From Vicugna vicugna (taxonomy: Eukaryota), in NCBI GenBank assembly GCA_013265495.1, contig MU061579.1, forward strand, positions 4,897,146 to 4,961,145: a DNA stretch of 64,000 nt, written 5' to 3'. The position numbers and the translations under genes are program-made. A model generated the notes under the pieces. It was not told where the DNA came from and ran no database searches. It was given only the letters and a program-made list of their open reading frames with translations. Of the stretch, positions 12,811 through 25,740 are shown one piece after another (within the stretch, counting starts at the first letter, position 1; each line of letters starts with the position of its first letter).

Positions 12811-13468
12811 TTTTTTTTTCTGTTGTTTTTTAAACTGCAAAGTCTATATTTTTTGAAAATCGTATTTCAGTTTACTTTCAAATTGTATCGCTAAGGACAG
12901 ATGGCTATTTCCTTAGTTTTCAAAACTATTTTGTTTTTTGTAGTCTGTTCTCAACAACTGCACTCATTCCAGGGAAAAGGTCCAATGCCTCTGGCAGAGT
13001 GGTCCAGTACTAGTCCTGTTTGTCTTAATTTGGACCTGCTTTTAGTGTTCCTCTTTGGCCTGAACTCAATGACTCCTCATTTTCTAAAGCTGATATTTAT
13101 GCAACTGTTCTAAGAAATCCTACTTTTAATTACATCCCACCTTCAGAGACATTAGCAGCTGTCAAGAGTAGCTACAGTCTTCCTTGTGATCTAACCAAAG
13201 AACTGAACCCATTCATACTTTGGGTCCAAGGGCCCTAGTAGGCCACAGACTGCAAACCGAATTTTATCACCATTCCTGCGCTTATGTGAGAAACGTGAAA
13301 TCTAGTGCCCATTTAATTCTTTAGCTGATACATGACGTAAAAGTGAATACAATAGAGGGTGCCAAAGCTAGGTTTTTTTATAATTTTGCTTAGTGTAGGT
13401 TTGCCTGTATATCAGTTAAACATATTATATCAATTAACGTCCATGAAATACCTACAGGTACAGAGTAT

Positions 13469-14017
13469 TGTAAGGGAACAGACTCTGACACCCCAAAGTA
13501 TGACACTCTGACATAAGGATTATTTTAAGCTGAAGATAGTTGTGAAAGAGCAGATATCAGAAAAAGCCCCCTATTTGCCTAAAAAAGGAGGCTTAGACTC
13601 CTAATGACCTGTAACAACTCTAGAATCTCATTAGCCCAGATATGGTACTGAAAGGAATCTACCCAACAAATCTTACTAAAATAACCTTATCTTTCATTAG
13701 TTTCTTCTCCTATATTTATTTACCTTCCCACTGTTTGCTACCTCAACAGCCTAAAACCCTTTTCTTTGTCTTACCAGTTTTCTACAAATTCATTGTTCTT
13801 TGTTAAGATGCTATATATAAAGCTATATAAACCCCACGTTCTAACCACTCCTCTGGGATATTCCTAGCTGAGTTTCTCCCATGTGTATTCATGCTGCACA
13901 TGTTAATAAACTCTGGGAGTTCTTTCCTGCCAATTTGCCTTTTGCCAGTTTAATTTCCAGGGCCCCAGCTGGAAAATCAAGGAGGTAGAGGAAAAAGTTT
14001 CTTTCCTCCTCTATACA
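13469..14017 (+). mobile_element. Solo LTR, ERV1 class, MER34-like
   Basis: TG...CA termini (TGTAAGGGAACAGACTCTGACACCCCAAAGTATG...GGTAGAGGAAAAAGTTTCTTTCCTCCTCTATACA), TATA-like TATATAAA at ~13812-13830, AATAAA at ~13905, flanks AGTAT/AGTAA. Confidence 0.8.
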
Positions 14018-14789
14018 AGTAAAAATGTTTACTTAAGTAAAAAACAAACAAACCAAAAGCTTGAGTACATACTGTCTTCTGCCTGGTTATAGAGAAACAT
14101 GTCAGACATGTATCAAGAGGCAAAAAGTACTATCATTTGGGACCATCACTCTGGACAGGAAGGTGAAGCAGGTATCACCCTGCGTGGAACATATGATCCT
14201 CGGTGGCTTACGCGAGTCCTCGGAAAGGAGGGGACAAAGCTGTTTTGAGAAAACCAGAGAATAGGATGAGGGCATTTCAAAGGCAGCATGGGGTATATGG
14301 TATTTAAAGAATAGAGTAAAACACTTTGGGGAGGAAACATTGCCAGTACTCGTTCTATGTTGTACTTAGGTCACCGAAAAGGAAAACACAAGGGCTCTGA
14401 CTTTAAATTTCAAGTATATGATTATATAGATGATAGTGTCCTCCTGTTCATTTTCATAAGGTTCAGTATAAGAAGAAATGGACTTTCATTGCAGCCAAGA
14501 GGGACAAAGTTTTCATCTAAGACAGAATGAAATGATAGCAGGTATTAAAACTTGATATATGTTGAAGGGGCATTGCATAACTAATCATGGTACAGACTTT
14601 GTGTGACCAGAAGTTTAGCGAAAAAAAAAAGTTACTTTGGATCAGGAAACAAGGAAGACTTTTTTTGGGCCATAGAATGTGACCTGAATTGTGTAATGAA
14701 ATCTGAGAATGTCACTGAAATCAAAATAATCACAGAATAAACAAAATATAGGAAACTATTTAAAATTTGTACTATCATTTATCATTTTT

Positions 14790-15030
14790 TACATCTTAAT
14801 AACTGATTTCTATGTGACAAGCACTGTTTTAAATGCCTCACATATATTAACTCATTTCATGCTCATAACAACACTGTGAGGTTAGTCAGGCCCTAGATTA
14901 TCATCATTTTGCAAATGAGACAACTTAAGCTTAAGACAGTTGCTGACTAAGTCATTCTGATACTAAGACACTGAAGTGGGCTTTGAATCCTGCTTGTTTG
15001 GTTTCAGAGGCCAACACCTGAACCGCTACA
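14790..15030 (-). mobile_element. MIR SINE
   Basis: CTATGTGACAAGCACTGTTTTAAATGCCTCACATATATTAACTCATTTCATGCTCATAACAACACTGTGAGG...ATTTTGCAAATGAGACAACT. Confidence 0.85.
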
Positions 15031-18000
15031 CAACATGCTCTTTCCCCAAAGAACACATACCCACACCCACATACTACAGTAGACATGCTAACATCCAGAA
15101 TTTAGGGTTTCCTTCATGATGAGTTCCAATTTGAGACTGCCTTTGCCATCTAATAAATAAGATTACTTTGAATACTGGAAGGTACATAGAGGGTTTTCTT
15201 AAGGATCTGTTTGTAAAAGATCTTCAGATATTAAGGAAGTAAATGAAACTGAATTAAAACCATTATTTTTATACCTAAAGCAGTGAGATTATGAAGACAA
15301 ATGAAAAAGTGACACAAACATTTTTTTTCTCCTTTACTATTTTCTCCCCTCCCATGCGTATATGTATTATTTTGGCTCTCAGTATATAGATACAGACGTT
15401 TTGGACAGTTTAACTTTTCCCTGTTTTATCTATTTTAAAAATATGTACTTAGAGGTTCCAAGGTCATTCGTCTTTCAATATGTCATTCAAACTCAAACAA
15501 ATATTTAAGTTCTTGGTGTCTAGTTAACACTTAGTGTTAAAAAAAATAAAGTTATGCTAGACTTGACATTGTACCTACTGTTGTAAATGGACTGCATGTC
15601 ATTGGCTCACTTTAAATTTGGCCTTAATAATAACTCCCTTGACTGGTTATCTCAGCATGTTATCTGACTTTGCCTTCAAGTACAACAGTTAGTTCCTCAC
15701 TGCCAGCCTAATAGGATAGTGCCTCTAAGAAACCATTTGGATCGTAATTTCTTCCTTTGCCTTGAATTCACAATTACAAATTCTATTTAAAAGAAAGATG
15801 TTGCTGCAAATGTATACTACAACAGCATAAGAAACTAGAAGCCTAGTGGTGAATTTGAAGAACAGACAATTTTCACAAACACAGTCATGAATATGCACGA
15901 GGATCCCTAGTGCACACTTTAACCCACCAAAAAAAAAAAAAAACCCCAAAAAACCCCCCAAAAACTTTCTTATTAAGACCTTCCATTTGGAATCACATCT
16001 TTTCTGTTGGGGCAAAGCCTTTCAAAAGAGAAACACTTAACTCTTCATCGTGGCTAGATTGCAAAATTCCCTGGTGGAAAATTAAGTAGTTTGGAGAGTG
16101 CATTGACTTGTGCAGATGAAAAGACACCCTAATAGTCTGAAGAGTTAATATGCTCAAATACCCTCTTGCTGCACATTGGCTCTAGGATGACTCAGTGACC
16201 CAAAACAGTCCATGTTCAAGTGCATCTTTTAACACCTAGCGTGGGAACGAGTAATTTAGCCATTGAAGAAAATTTAAATCACAGACTGCTCCATTGTCTA
16301 AATCATCCTCAGGGAGCAAATGACAATTTTGAAAGCTACATTATCTCAGTGGAAAAATTTACAGAGCAATCCTCTGGTGACCTGAAGGAATTAATACTCA
16401 AGTTTCTACTGACATCTAGTCACTTTCTTTAGGGTAAGGAACTCAATAGGGACTTCTGCTTCCAGGTCAAAAAGCACAAGGTCAGTCAGCAACAGGGAGT
16501 GAGGAGGCATTAGACAATAAAGAGAGATGATGACAACTAGGATGAGGTCTTCTAGTACCATCCTCAAGGCTGAAGGGCTTTGAAGTATGAAGGCATTGAT
16601 GACGTAAACAGGATGGTATGCTGAAGACTTTTAACTTCCAACCTAGAATAATTTGACACTGTGGGGAAAAGAACAAGTTTTCCTATTTTGAAATATGTAG
16701 AAATGAAACCAGCAGCTCTGTGGATGCTACAGCTTATTAAAAATGCAAATTAAAAATATCAAAAAGCATGGAGATTTGTTTAACCTTTTACCAAGTGTAA
16801 ATCTTTAATCTGATCTTAATATGAACTTCGTTGATTTACTTTAAGTTTAATAACATACTGAACTTGTGAGGTGTTAGCAGTACCTTAAGTGGTCAAGTAT
16901 TGTATTTTAGAATTGATAGAAAAAGGTTAATTTGAAATCCAGTCAGGAAATCATATTACACTGTACAACATATATCTGCTTTAGTGAAGAACTGACAAAG
17001 TGCAAATGCCTCAGAGGAAAAATTCCACTAAATTAAAAGCAAAAGATTAATTTACTTGGAAATGAATTTGCATCCAACTGTAAAACAATGCCATTATGCC
17101 ATTTTTTTCTTTCTTTTTCTTCTTCTTATAATGTAACCAGCCATTTCTGATGACTGGTTACATTCCTCTGTTACTAAATTAGAGGTTATATAAGGCAAAA
17201 TGGAATTGATGACACTTGGATTAAAATAAAAATTCAGTAGAAAATTTTATTTATAAACACTAGCTCTCACTTAGTATTTTATTATTGAGTTACTTTTGAA
17301 CTTTTTTTTTTCATTTTACAATAAACTTAAATTAGCCATGCTACATTAAAAATTAAAAATATACCATACAGGAAAACAGTCACTGCTATAGCCTTTAGAA
17401 TATGATTTAATTTAGCAATATCAGAAGTAGCATTAATAAAAACAATATAATATCCAAATGACAAGAAAATAAGGCAGTCCCTCATGCTTGTACATGCCAT
17501 TCTTTTCATCTTCTCTAAAAATTAGACTCACAAAACATGTCATAATTACTTGAAATTGTCTGCAGTATCAGGAAGAATAGTTTAAAATCACTTTATCACA
17601 TGCCAAACCACAGTCTATCTCTGACAATGTGAATTAGTCACTACTAAAAATAAAGGATGATGATTAATTACCTTAGAGAATACCTGCCAGTATTATCAGT
17701 CACTGGAACCAGATTTCTTACTGAAACATACTCTGCAATAATTTAAGTACATGCTTCATCACTTCGCCTAATCCAAGACACAATCTTTATGATCAAAAGA
17801 TAAATAAAATAATAAAATATTCTTGAGGTAAGTCTTTATTGTGCCAATAGAGTAAACAAATGAATGAACAGTTGTTAATGACATCTGCAGATAGCAAATG
17901 TAAATTTTATCCATGCCTTACCCGAACTCAAAGATGGCTACCCAGGGTGGTTTATATCATTGTCAAGTATGACTTACATCTTGAAATCTCTAATTTGACA

Positions 18001-18479
18001 CCCTCATCCGATTATTTAAAATTACTTTTTAGTCTCTCTCTCTGTCTCTCTTTTTTTTTCCATTCTAGGAGAACACAGTCCTTCCAGTGAGAAGATCATA
18101 ATATACTCATTGGGTTAATGTATTCACATTCCTAGGATAATAACTAGTGTCATGGAAGATTAATTTCCTAAAGATTACTCTTGAAATTTAAATAGGTTTT
18201 AAATTCTGACAATTGAACTGTTTATTTACTCACATTATCAGATAAAATATTTCATATTTTGGTGATTCTAGACTTCACTGAATTCTAATTTCCAATTCCT
18301 AATGCATTCAGTTTAGGAACATTTTATTTCTATAGATTTGCACAGTTTGTTTACTGTTTGCAGTAATGAAGAATTCTACTAATAACAAAATGCTGTTTTC
18401 TGAAGAACAATGAACAAGTCTCTGCAGGACAGGCCTTTCTATGTGGAAATTATTTAGCTCCTGTACATGGAAAGAGATC

Positions 18480-18900
18480 CTAACTCTCCAGTGCTTTTCC
18501 TCCTCCCCCCCCACCCTGTCCATTTTTCACACAGAACCTACAGCAATCTTTTTTTTTAAATGAATAAATCATATAAGTTCACTCCACCAACTAAAACTCT
18601 TCAAAATAGCCTCAGATTCAGTTTATAATGTACTGCAAAATCCTTAATAGAGACTGTGGCCTAGAATGACCTTCCCATGCTTACTTCTTAAACTTCATTT
18701 TTAGCACTATGTCTTCTAGATGAATAAAAGCTATAGTAGTCTTTAATGTTTACAAAATTCAAGGCCTTAAAATTTACATGTGTTATTTATTTCTTCCACT
18801 TGAACTGCTGAATTCTCTTCCAGTATCCCTTCACTCCTGACCTGCATAATTAATACTTACCTACAGGTCTCTTTGTAGTTTCTATTATCTCAGTATACAC
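18480..18900 (+). mobile_element. L2 LINE fragment
   Basis: GTCCATTTTTCACACAGAACCTACAGCAATCTTTTT...AAAACTCTTCAA...AAAATCCTTAA resembles the L2 3' region. Confidence 0.55.
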
Positions 18901-19133
18901 AACTACAACCACCACCATCACCATCATCACTAAAATCTTTCTGTTATATCCTTCCACAAAACTTTTTTCTATGAGAAGACAGAAAATGACATGCTATATT
19001 TTTCCTTCATCAAACATAAAAATATATGCAACATCTACATATATTTAGGTCTTTGATATGTATACCATGTTTTCTACAGATTTATTTACAGCAAATAAAT
19101 ATAGTGAGAGTAGAGAATATATATACACACATA

Positions 19134-19170
<37 letters not shown>
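19134..19170. repeat. Compound microsatellite (TG)11(TA)7
   Basis: Directly visible. Confidence 0.9.
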
Positions 19171-19194
19171 GAAAGAAAAAGTATGCATAAAAAT

Positions 19195-20480
19195 TTGAGG
19201 CTGCTCACACAGGAAGAAGTAAACAATCTGAATAGCCCTAGGTCTATTACAAGGTTGAATAAATTATTAATAATTTTCCCAAACAGAAAAGCACCAGGCA
19301 CACATGGGCTCACTGGTGAATTCTGTCAAACATTTAAGAAAAAAATATATTAATTCCTTTCAATCTCTTTCAGAAGAATAGAAGCAGAGAAAATACTTCC
19401 TAACTCATGAGGCCAGCATTACCCTAATATTAAAACCAGACAAAAACAGTAGAAGAAAAGAAAACTACAAACCAATAACCTCATAAATACACATGCAAAA
19501 TTCCTCAACAAAATATCAAATCATATCCAAGAATGTATAAAAATAGGATATGTAAAGACTAAGTGGGGTTTACCCCAGTAATGCAAGGCTGGCTCAACAA
19601 CTGAAAATCAATTAATAAAATCCATCACAAAAAGTAGCTATGGAAGAAAAATCATATGATGTTATCAATAGATGCACAAAAAGCATTTGACAAAAATCCA
19701 ACACCCACTCATGGTTAAAAAAAAAAATCTCAGTAACCTAGGAATAGAAGGGAACTTTCTCAACTTGATAAAGAATGTCCAAGAACCTACAGCTAACATC
19801 ACAATTAATTGTGGGAAACCTGATACTCTCCTACTAAGCCTTATTCACAATTGTCAAAGCTTGGAAGCACCTGAGATGTCTTTTAGGAGGCAAATGGAGA
19901 AACTATACTGCATCCATACAGTAAAATATTATTCAGTACTAAAAATAAATGAGCTATTAAATCATTAAAAATTATGGAGGAAGCTTAAATGCATATTACT
20001 AATGAAAGAAATCAATCTGAAAAGGCTACATACTATATGAGTCCAACGATATGACATTCTGAAAAAGGCAAAATTATGGAGATGGTAAAAAGATCAGTGG
20101 TTGCCAGGGAAAGGAAAAGATGAAGAGGAGCAACACAGAGGATTTTCAGGTCAGTTAAATCACTCTGTATGATATCATAATGGTGGATACTTATCATTCT
20201 ACATATGTCCAAACACAGAATGCACAACACCAAGAGTGAACCCTAATGTAAACTACAGACTTTAGATGATAATAATGCATTAATATAGGTTCATCAGCTA
20301 TAACAAATATATCACTCAGTGTGCCTTGTCAATAGTATGAGAGGCTATGCATATGTTGGGGAAGCAGTTATAGAGAAACTCTGTACTTCCTGCTCAATTT
20401 TGTTGAGAACCTAAAACTGCTTTACAAATGAAAGCATATTACTTAAAAAAACGAAAAACAAAAAACAAACAAACAAAAAA
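19195..20480 (+). mobile_element. L1 (L1MC1/2-like) with ORF2 remnant, large internal deletion, 3'UTR and A-rich tail
   Basis: TQEEVNNLNSP...KAPG.HGLTGEFCQTFK and KIQHPLM...GIEGNFLNLIK are ORF2 motifs. The 3'UTR contains GTGAACCCTAATGTAAACTACAGACTTTAG. The tail is A/AAAC at ~20445-20480. Confidence 0.92.
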
Positions 20481-21499
20481 CTTGACCACAATGTCTTTTT
20501 AAGAACAACAACAAAAAAGAGACACTTAATTTAAAAAGAACATGGGAGTATGTCAGCAATATACTTTCTAATTGGCAAAATATGTAAGCGCAAAAAATAA
20601 TGGTAGACAACAATAGTTACTAAAGCAGATACCAAAACCAAGAGTTTAAGTGGATGTAAATATGACAAAGACGTTAATGATCAAATAAGATATATCAATA
20701 GAATTACAGAAATAGAAGAAATAGGTAGTCCCCTAATAGTTTATCCTAAAAAATATTACTCAACTTTTGCAGCCTAGTAGGTAAAATAAAAGGTGAATTA
20801 AATAATCTCTAGACACCTCTCAAGATATAAAATTATAAAATCTGAAACAAGTGTTCCTTAAAACCTACTAAGCTCCCAGGGCTGTGAAATATAATAGAAA
20901 TGTAAGACTCAAAGTGTAAGATAATGTGGGAAGATAGTTCGCAGAATAAAGGTTCTAAAGAAAACAAGATATGTAAAGGCTAGGTTGAAAGAAAGACAAT
21001 GAAAGAGAGAAAGGCTTAGAAAAAAGATGAAAACAATGCCCTTAGACAGTGAGAAACAGAAGGGTAGATTGAGACAAGGCACAAAGAGAAAAGGGAAAGA
21101 AGAAAAATTAGAGAACACTTCTGTTAAAGGTCAATTTAACCTTCACATCAAAGTTTAACTCAATTTCCTAGATACATTTTGAGCTTAGTAATGTCTTATT
21201 AACTTAGTTTTCTCGGACTGCAGCTGGAATCTAAATGTGATTCTTACAAGTGCAGAGCACAGAAAGGTGTGTAACTGGCTTACAGGTCTTTGAAAGTTTG
21301 CGGTCACATTCAGCCAGCAATTGCCACAGCGAGCTCATCAGATTTGGAGGACAGGCACATCCCTAAATAAAGTCTAGTGTGTCTGGTACCTTAAGAATCC
21401 TTGGTATGTCATGAAGAAGCCTTTCATTTGTAAGACCTCTCACTTCATTGAGAGCTCAGCGGTGTAGAGATTTCTGGGGTAGCAACTGTGGCTTTTACA

Positions 21500-21600
21500 A
21501 GAAGACATCTTGGCCTAGAAATGTTAAGTTCAAGTCCTGACTCAGCTGCTTATTAGCCATTAATGCAGGTTTACTTCCTCAGTCATCTCAGTTTTTCAGC
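21500..21600 (+). mobile_element. MIR fragment
   Basis: AAGTTCAAGTCCTGACTCAGCTGCTTATTAGC...CTCAGTTTTTCAGC. Confidence 0.5.
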
Positions 21601-21684
21601 AGCTAGTAACTATGTCCATTCCACTCAATTTTGAAAGTGTCCTGCCCAGAAAAAATAAGAATTAACATTAATTCAGTGTTTCGT

Positions 21685-21920
21685 CTCTCTCTGGCACTTG
21701 TGACACACTTCACATGGATTAGCACATTTCATTCTCCCAAGAATTCAATGACGTGTATTCCGCTGCTACCCCTAGTTTACTGAAGTGGGTAAGTGAGGAT
21801 TTTACGAGTGGGGCCATGAGGCACAGGTGGCTTATGTAATAATCTACCGAAGGTCACAATACTAATAGTCATCAGCATACTGTCAGGATTTCACTGAGAC
21901 AGTCTAGCTTCTTCAATTCT
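21685..21920 (-). mobile_element. MIR SINE
   Basis: CTGGCACTTGTGACACACTTCACATGGATTAGCACATTTCATTCTCCCAAGAA...AAGGTCACAATACTAATA. Confidence 0.65.
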
Positions 21921-24164
21921 TTATTTATCTACAATTTATACTTTATCCCTATATATTTTGGAAGAAAATATTACTGTATTTCTTCTTTCAAAATGTTGTT
22001 CAATCATTCTTCTAATGTTGTCTTAAAATGTAGAAGTTTTTGCTAAAAAACATATTCAGAAGTTAAAAATCTGCACTCCTATGGTAAAAATCAGTTTAAG
22101 ATTTTATCAAATAACTTGTGTTAATGAAATGGAGCTACTGAGAATGAGGTTACTACCTGGGTCATCTGTCCCTGAATATATACATGGTATGACGATTATC
22201 CAATTTGAGTCCTTTCTTGGTAGGCTCATGTTCATGAGATAACACTCTTTTAATAATGAATAGATTCAGACAGCCACATGCATGGTTGTACCAGAAACTT
22301 GTAAAGTCACTAATAGCTGAAATCACACAATTCTAGCTTTACTCCTTCAGCTGAAATCTACATTCGGTAACAACAAATGAATTCTGAAAAGAGCAGCATG
22401 TGGAGACGTAGAAGTCACGTGTGCCTACCTGGGAATGAATTTCTCACGATCCTCTGCAGATAGCAGGTTTAGAAGGTGAGACGAGCAGAGTGATTTGGGT
22501 GAAAGGCACTGGGGGAGACGGGTGAACATGTTGCATTGATGTGATGACGTCTATGAGCACGGAGATGTGGCAGCGACAACACACATCCCCTGCATTTCAG
22601 TTTTGCTGGTGGCCTGCCTTGCCCTTTCTCCTTTCTCATTCCCCCCAGAGATGACAAGTTGAATGAAAATTGAGATGTCTCAGAAAAATTCTAAAATAAA
22701 CTTCAAATACTTGTTTAGAGAATTCAAGTGATTTAAGCAAGATTGTGACAATGGATGAAAACCCGACTATTAAAAGCGGTCTCATTCCCCTCCAAGAGCT
22801 ATTTGAAAGAGATTTACTTTTATGTCTGGAAGCTACATTCTCAAATTTGAGTCTCTAAATCAGGGTGGTCGAATCCTGGTTTACCAGTTCAGTTCCACAT
22901 GCAAGATAATATGACCCAGATATAACCCAATTAAGAAGATGAGTCCCTTCAGTCGTACTAATCATTATTTTAGAAGCTTTGGTAACTCCTCATATATATG
23001 TAAAGGTATTACTGAAGGGTTAAATTTTCACTCTATTTTCTTAGGCTGACTAAAAAAAAATATTCTTTCCATTTAATCCACATTTCATATTTTTGCCCAT
23101 AATTTAAGGCTACTTTCTGGTCACAGTGCAAGTCTCTTTGGTAATTTTGATAATTTGCCAATTCTGAACATATTACTCATCATATGTTTTTTTTTCTATA
23201 GCTACTCAGGAAAATGATCTCAAAATTGCCTATCCTGAAAAGCTACGCAATTTGTAGCAAATTCTCTGTCAATTTTATAACTTGTGAAAAGTGCAATGAG
23301 CACTGACGTGAGCGTGGCAAGATGAAAAATAACAGGAAAACCTCACTATTGTGTCATTCCTTTCAGAGTATGCATAATATAATTATTTGCTATAAATTGC
23401 TCATCTTCGTATCCTCTTTTTATCTCCAGCTGTGAGTCCTGTCTGAGAACCAACTGTTGCAGATGTTGTCCACTGCTCTGAAACTCTGTTGGGTTGATGG
23501 CCAAACACATGGAGTCACAACAACTCTGTGACAGGTGCCAGTGCCTGTGGACTTCTCCAGTGACCCATAAGTGGTCTTAGCAGCTGACGAATGCCTGTAC
23601 ATAATGAAGGTAAATTTGGACAATTTAACTGACACCATTTCTTAAAATGGGTCCTAAAAGAAACGGCTTGTAATGCCAAGAAATAGTATTTGCTCTAAAA
23701 TCAGATACTGACATATCCATTCAGGTGACAAACACTATTTGATTTCCTACCATGTCTTAAGCAGTGTGCCAAGCTCTGGGGACAAATGTTAGAAAAAGCT
23801 CTCTAGTCTCAGACTGTTGTAGTCTCACCAAAGGAAACAGATATGAAAATAAGAAACAAATACAAAAATACACATCTTGGTATTCTCATTATTTATTTAT
23901 GTCTACATTTCTCCTATGGCTGTATAATTATTTAAAGGATGCTATCTCTAGCACACTCTGCTCTTTTCGGCTGCATAGTAACAACCTTCCATTTCTTCTA
24001 AATTGTGTTTTGATTGTGTTAAGAATAAAAAGCAAAGCATATATAAGTTTTTTATTGACCACCAACAAATTATTGAAAAGAACTCTATAGTCCTCTTTGT
24101 AATTTTTCTCTGGACCTCTCATTTTACTGACATAAACCAATTCAATTTGCTTTTTATTCAATAA

Positions 24165-25740
24165 TAAAATTTTGCTGTATAATCCAATATAATAAAATAT
24201 ATTTTAAGCATAAATGTTCAATGAGTATTGCCCAATAAACACCACCATCACGATCAAAATATAGAATATTTGTATCAACCCAAAATATTCTCTTATGTCC
24301 TTTTGCAGTAAGTCTTCACACCATCAGCCCCAGGTAGTCACTGATCTGAATTTTGTCACTGTAAATTGGTTTTTATCTTTCCTAGAATTACATACAAATG
24401 GAATCATCCAGGGAGCACTTACTTGTGTTTGGCATTTTTCTCTCAGCATATTTTTAAGATTCATCCATGTTGTTATGTGAATCAGTAGTTCATTCCTAAT
24501 TATTTTGGGACAGTCAATCAAGTTTAGATACAATACAATCTGTTTATCCTTTTATCTACTGACACACATTTGGGATGTTTACAATTTCTGTCTTTTATAA
24601 ACAAAGTTGTCATAAACATTTTTGTACAAGCTCTTGTAGGGACATATTTTGGAAGGTTTTTTTTGAAGCTATAAATAAGAGTGGAATTGATGGACTGTAT
24701 GTTAAGTGTATATATGTAAGAAATTGGCTACATTCCTACCAACATGTAATGAAAATGTGGACAGTAGATAATGTCAGTGGCGCGATATCATGTACACATG
24801 AACACTATGCGGAGAGTAGCGAAGCAGTTCTCTGTTTATTGATTCTTGGCAAAGGGTTTATATAGGACATGCACGATGCCTCACATATCATCTAAGTTAT
24901 GACAATGTTAATAATCTTAATCTAAATAGGTCCCCAAGTTCCTGCAGTAAGCACAGGATGTTACGTGATCAAGGACAGATTGTTTTAAAGTCCATCACAA
25001 AACTTCATTAAGTAGGCCATCTCTCATCCAGCCGGCTGTGCCTGTCTTAGGTTGTCCTCCTCTGAGGATCTTACCAATCATTGGCTATCTAGCCATTCAT
25101 ACTGGATACATGACATTCCTCACAGCTTGTTTATCAGTTCAGCCCATGGCTTATTCTCTAGAGCCTTCAGGTGGGGGCCTAAAGATATTTTCAGTCTTTT
25201 AGTTTTAAACATTCTAGTGGGTATATACTAATACCTCATTGTGGCTTTAATTTGCATTTTATTAATTTCTAATGTTCTTTTAAATGTTTTTTCAGTTGCT
25301 TTGGGGCCATTCATATATTTTAGTTTGTGAACTATCTCTTCAACTATTTTGCCTATTTTCAATCAGAATGGTTGACCTTATATTATTGACTTGCAAGATA
25401 TACTTTTTTTTAAATATAGGAGTTTTGTGAAAGAGAGATATATAATATACATATTTTTCTAATTGGAAAAAATATATATATCTACCTCTGTATCATCTAT
25501 ATATCCATCTGTATCTGCCTAGATTGCATTTTTGTACAAGTCTATATGAACATATTTTTGTGTTTTCTTGAGTAAATAACTAAGAGCAGAATTGGTGGGT
25601 TGTAGATAAACCTGTTTTCTAGTTAGGAAATATTTGTCTACACCAATGTCACAAACCTCATACAATTTTTAAAGAAATTTCATAGCACATATATTTAGGT
25701 CTAAGATTCATTTGAATTTAATTTTTGTGTATGGTGTGTG
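24165..25740 (-). mobile_element. Old L1 (L1MD/L1ME-like) 3' end, fragmented and interrupted by an LTR-like insert at ~24772-25182
   Basis: ATACAAATGGAATCATCCAG...CTCAGCATATTTTTAAGATTCATCCATGTTG...CATTCCTACCAACA, resuming at ~25183 with TCAGTCTTTT...CTCATTGTGGCTTTAATTTGCATTT. Confidence 0.85.
24772..25182 (-). mobile_element. Unclassified solo-LTR-like insertion (~0.35-0.43 kb; ends uncertain)
   Basis: It interrupts colinear L1 sequence. It has a minus-strand TATA box (plus TTTATATAG, 24857-24865) and AATAAA (plus TTTATT, 24835-24840), and retains CpGs. Possible 6-bp TSD AGATAA (24766-24771) / AGATAT (25183-25188). Confidence 0.6.

Noticed and set aside
1572..14017. Two same-orientation MER34-like LTRs ~12 kb apart as the ends of one provirus
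   Set aside because: They differ in length and internal sequence and have different flanking duplications. There is no primer-binding site or ERV1 internal sequence between them, and older L2/MIR elements lie in between, so they are independent solo LTRs.
15920..15965. A/C-run tract as a telomere-like or structured repeat
   Set aside because: It is irregular low-complexity polyA/C with no fixed unit.
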